The position numbers and the translations under genes were made by a program. From IMG/VR virus record IMGVR_UViG_2675903366_000018: a stretch of DNA of 15,292 nucleotides. One strand, given 5' to 3'. Shown piece by piece: positions 14,054-15,292 of the stretch. Each line of letters starts with the position of its first letter. Positions within the stretch are counted from its first letter, which is position 1. Below the pieces are notes generated by a model that had not been told where the DNA came from, ran no database searches, and saw only the letters and a list, made by a program, of their open reading frames with translations. Source of the DNA: a virus. Taxonomy: Duplodnaviria; Heunggongvirae; Uroviricota; Caudoviricetes.

Positions 14054-15292
14054 TCAAGAATTTTGGGTGTAAATTCGCGGGGTCATAACAACGATTTTTT
14101 CATCATTGTTCTGGAGAAGCTCGAGACGGTCTACCCATAGATTAAGAGCATCACGTTTTGCATCAAGATAACGGGAGTGGTTATAGACTCGCTGCATCCC
14201 TGGCATCTGGTGGGCTGTAAGCTGCTCGACAATATGCGGATCCACGCCTAAATCGTTCAGCATGGTTGTAAATGTGTGCCGGATGTCATGCAACGACCAG
14301 GGGGCTTGATTAATGCGTCTGTGTGCCGTTCTTCCGTACTCTGATACGGATGATTGCCCTTTCAGTTCTCCAAGCAATAAGCCCGTGTGCCTGTTCTTCT
14401 GCACCAGCTTCGTGACGAACGGCAAAATGCTTTCCGGTATTGGCCTGAATATGGCGACCTTCGTTTTGCTGTGCTCCTTCGGTACTGTCCAGAGCATTTC
14501 TTTAAAATCCCACTCCTGCACCTCAGAGCGCCTTAGCTCAGTGGTACGGCATCCAAAAACAATCAGGAGGCGAATTAGGGCGCTGTAGTATGGCGGGAAT
14601 ATTTTGTCATCCAGGGCGCGGAGTAATTCCCCAAGCTCCTTATTTGTTAGTACGCGCTCGCTCACTTCTGCTTTTTTTCCCACATCACCGACAACCATAT
14701 CATCAAGAACGTTGCTGATTGCGTATCGTCGTTTTCGGCAGTACTTAAGCGCCTGTTTGCATACCTGTAGCAAAAATCCGGCTGATACCGGATTACGCTT
14801 AGCAAGCTGGTCAAAACAGGCCAGCCAGTGGCGTAGCTCGCATTTTTCCAGTGGCATAGCGCCAATCTGGCTAATTATGTGTTTATTGATCCGGCTTTTC
14901 AGTGATTCGTAGTCAGTGCGCTTTTCCTTTGCGTACGATTCAAGCCAGTAAGTGAGCGCTTCCTTAACCGTCACGGGGGCTAACGCATCCTGTACAGCAT
15001 GATTAAGTTCATAGCGCGGATTTTTCCCCTCAGCCAGCCAGGCGCGACACTGTGCCGCTTTTTCCCTGGCAGCTTTCAGGCTCAGATCGGGATAATTGCC
15101 CAGCCTCAGACGTTCCGGTGATATCTGCCTACCAGTTCCGGCCCTGTAAGTGAAATACCAGGTTAACAGGCCATTGATTGAATGCCTTACGCTAAGGTTG
15201 CCACCATCATTAAAAAAGGTGCTTTTTGTGGTTGGTGATCCGCTTAATTTTCGTAAAAGAGTGTCGCTAAGTCTATGAATTGCCCTGCTCAT
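14054..15292 (-). CDS. int: Tyrosine site-specific integrase (P4-like family)
   Basis: 412 aa; catalytic-domain motifs GCRTTELRR, HDIRHTF (H-x-x-R) and YNHSRY (catalytic Tyr region); ATG is the last three bases of the window, so upstream attachment site and promoter are not visible. Confidence 0.9.
   Translation of the reverse strand: MSRAIHRLSDTLLRKLSGSPTTKSTFFNDGGNLSVRHSINGLLTWYFTYRAGTGRQISPERLRLGNYPDLSLKAAREKAAQCRAWLAEGKNPRYELNHAVQDALAPVTVKEALTYWLESYAKEKRTDYESLKSRINKHIISQIGAMPLEKCELRHWLACFDQLAKRNPVSAGFLLQVCKQALKYCRKRRYAISNVLDDMVVGDVGKKAEVSERVLTNKELGELLRALDDKIFPPYYSALIRLLIVFGCRTTELRRSEVQEWDFKEMLWTVPKEHSKTKVAIFRPIPESILPFVTKLVQKNRHTGLLLGELKGQSSVSEYGRTAHRRINQAPWSLHDIRHTFTTMLNDLGVDPHIVEQLTAHQMPGMQRVYNHSRYLDAKRDALNLWVDRLELLQNNDEKIVVMTPRIYTQNS

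Larger units (their letters stand above)
1582..15292 (-). mobile_element. Integrated phage satellite with own capsid/packaging module (capsid-forming PICI-like); left boundary unresolved
   Basis: Gene content int - alpA - regulators - pri-rep + ori - ssb - capsid/protease/portal/adaptor/connector - HNH - terS - terL in ~13.7 kb, with no tail or lysis genes. Confidence 0.6.

Noticed and set aside
1-15292. Interpretation as an intact or recently degraded HK97-like prophage
   Set aside because: No tail, tape-measure, baseplate, lysis or lysogeny-repressor genes in the ~14 kb between int and terL; the gene set is tightly packed and apparently intact, which fits a satellite rather than a decayed phage.
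1-15292. Interpretation as a P4-type satellite
   Set aside because: P4-like elements lack their own capsid, portal and terminase genes and carry sid/psu/delta-type capsid-remodelling genes, none of which are recognisable here.
1-15292. CRISPR arrays, tRNA/rRNA genes, insertion sequences
   Set aside because: No regularly spaced repeat-spacer array, no tRNA-like cloverleaf sequence and no transposase-like ORF were seen by eye; the expected tRNA/att beside int would lie beyond position 15292.

Overview
The window reads as most of a ~14 kb integrated phage satellite of the capsid-forming PICI type, almost entirely encoded on the minus strand, plus a ~1.5 kb repeat-rich non-coding left flank. From right to left: tyrosine integrase (starts at the window edge, so attL and any tRNA target are not visible), AT-rich intergenic region, AlpA-like regulator, a short divergent plus-strand two-gene module with its own promoter/operator and terminator, three small unknown genes, a large primase/helicase-type replication initiator followed immediately by an iteron/AT-rich origin, SSB, a PerC/ANR-like small regulator, one unknown gene, then a complete HK97-type head and packaging module in the order capsid, prohead protease, portal, head-tail adaptor, head-tail connector, HNH endonuclease, TerS, TerL, and a small coupled ORF. 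No tail, tape-measure, baseplate or lysis genes are present. The left flank (1-1580) has no convincing genes but carries second copies of the island's origin-like iterons and of a CGAACAA repeat array, plus a 32-bp palindrome-containing direct repeat; it may be a decayed tandem relative or the island's far end. All protein identifications are by eye from the supplied translations and motifs; no database search was run. Coordinates were checked against the printed sequence where stated.
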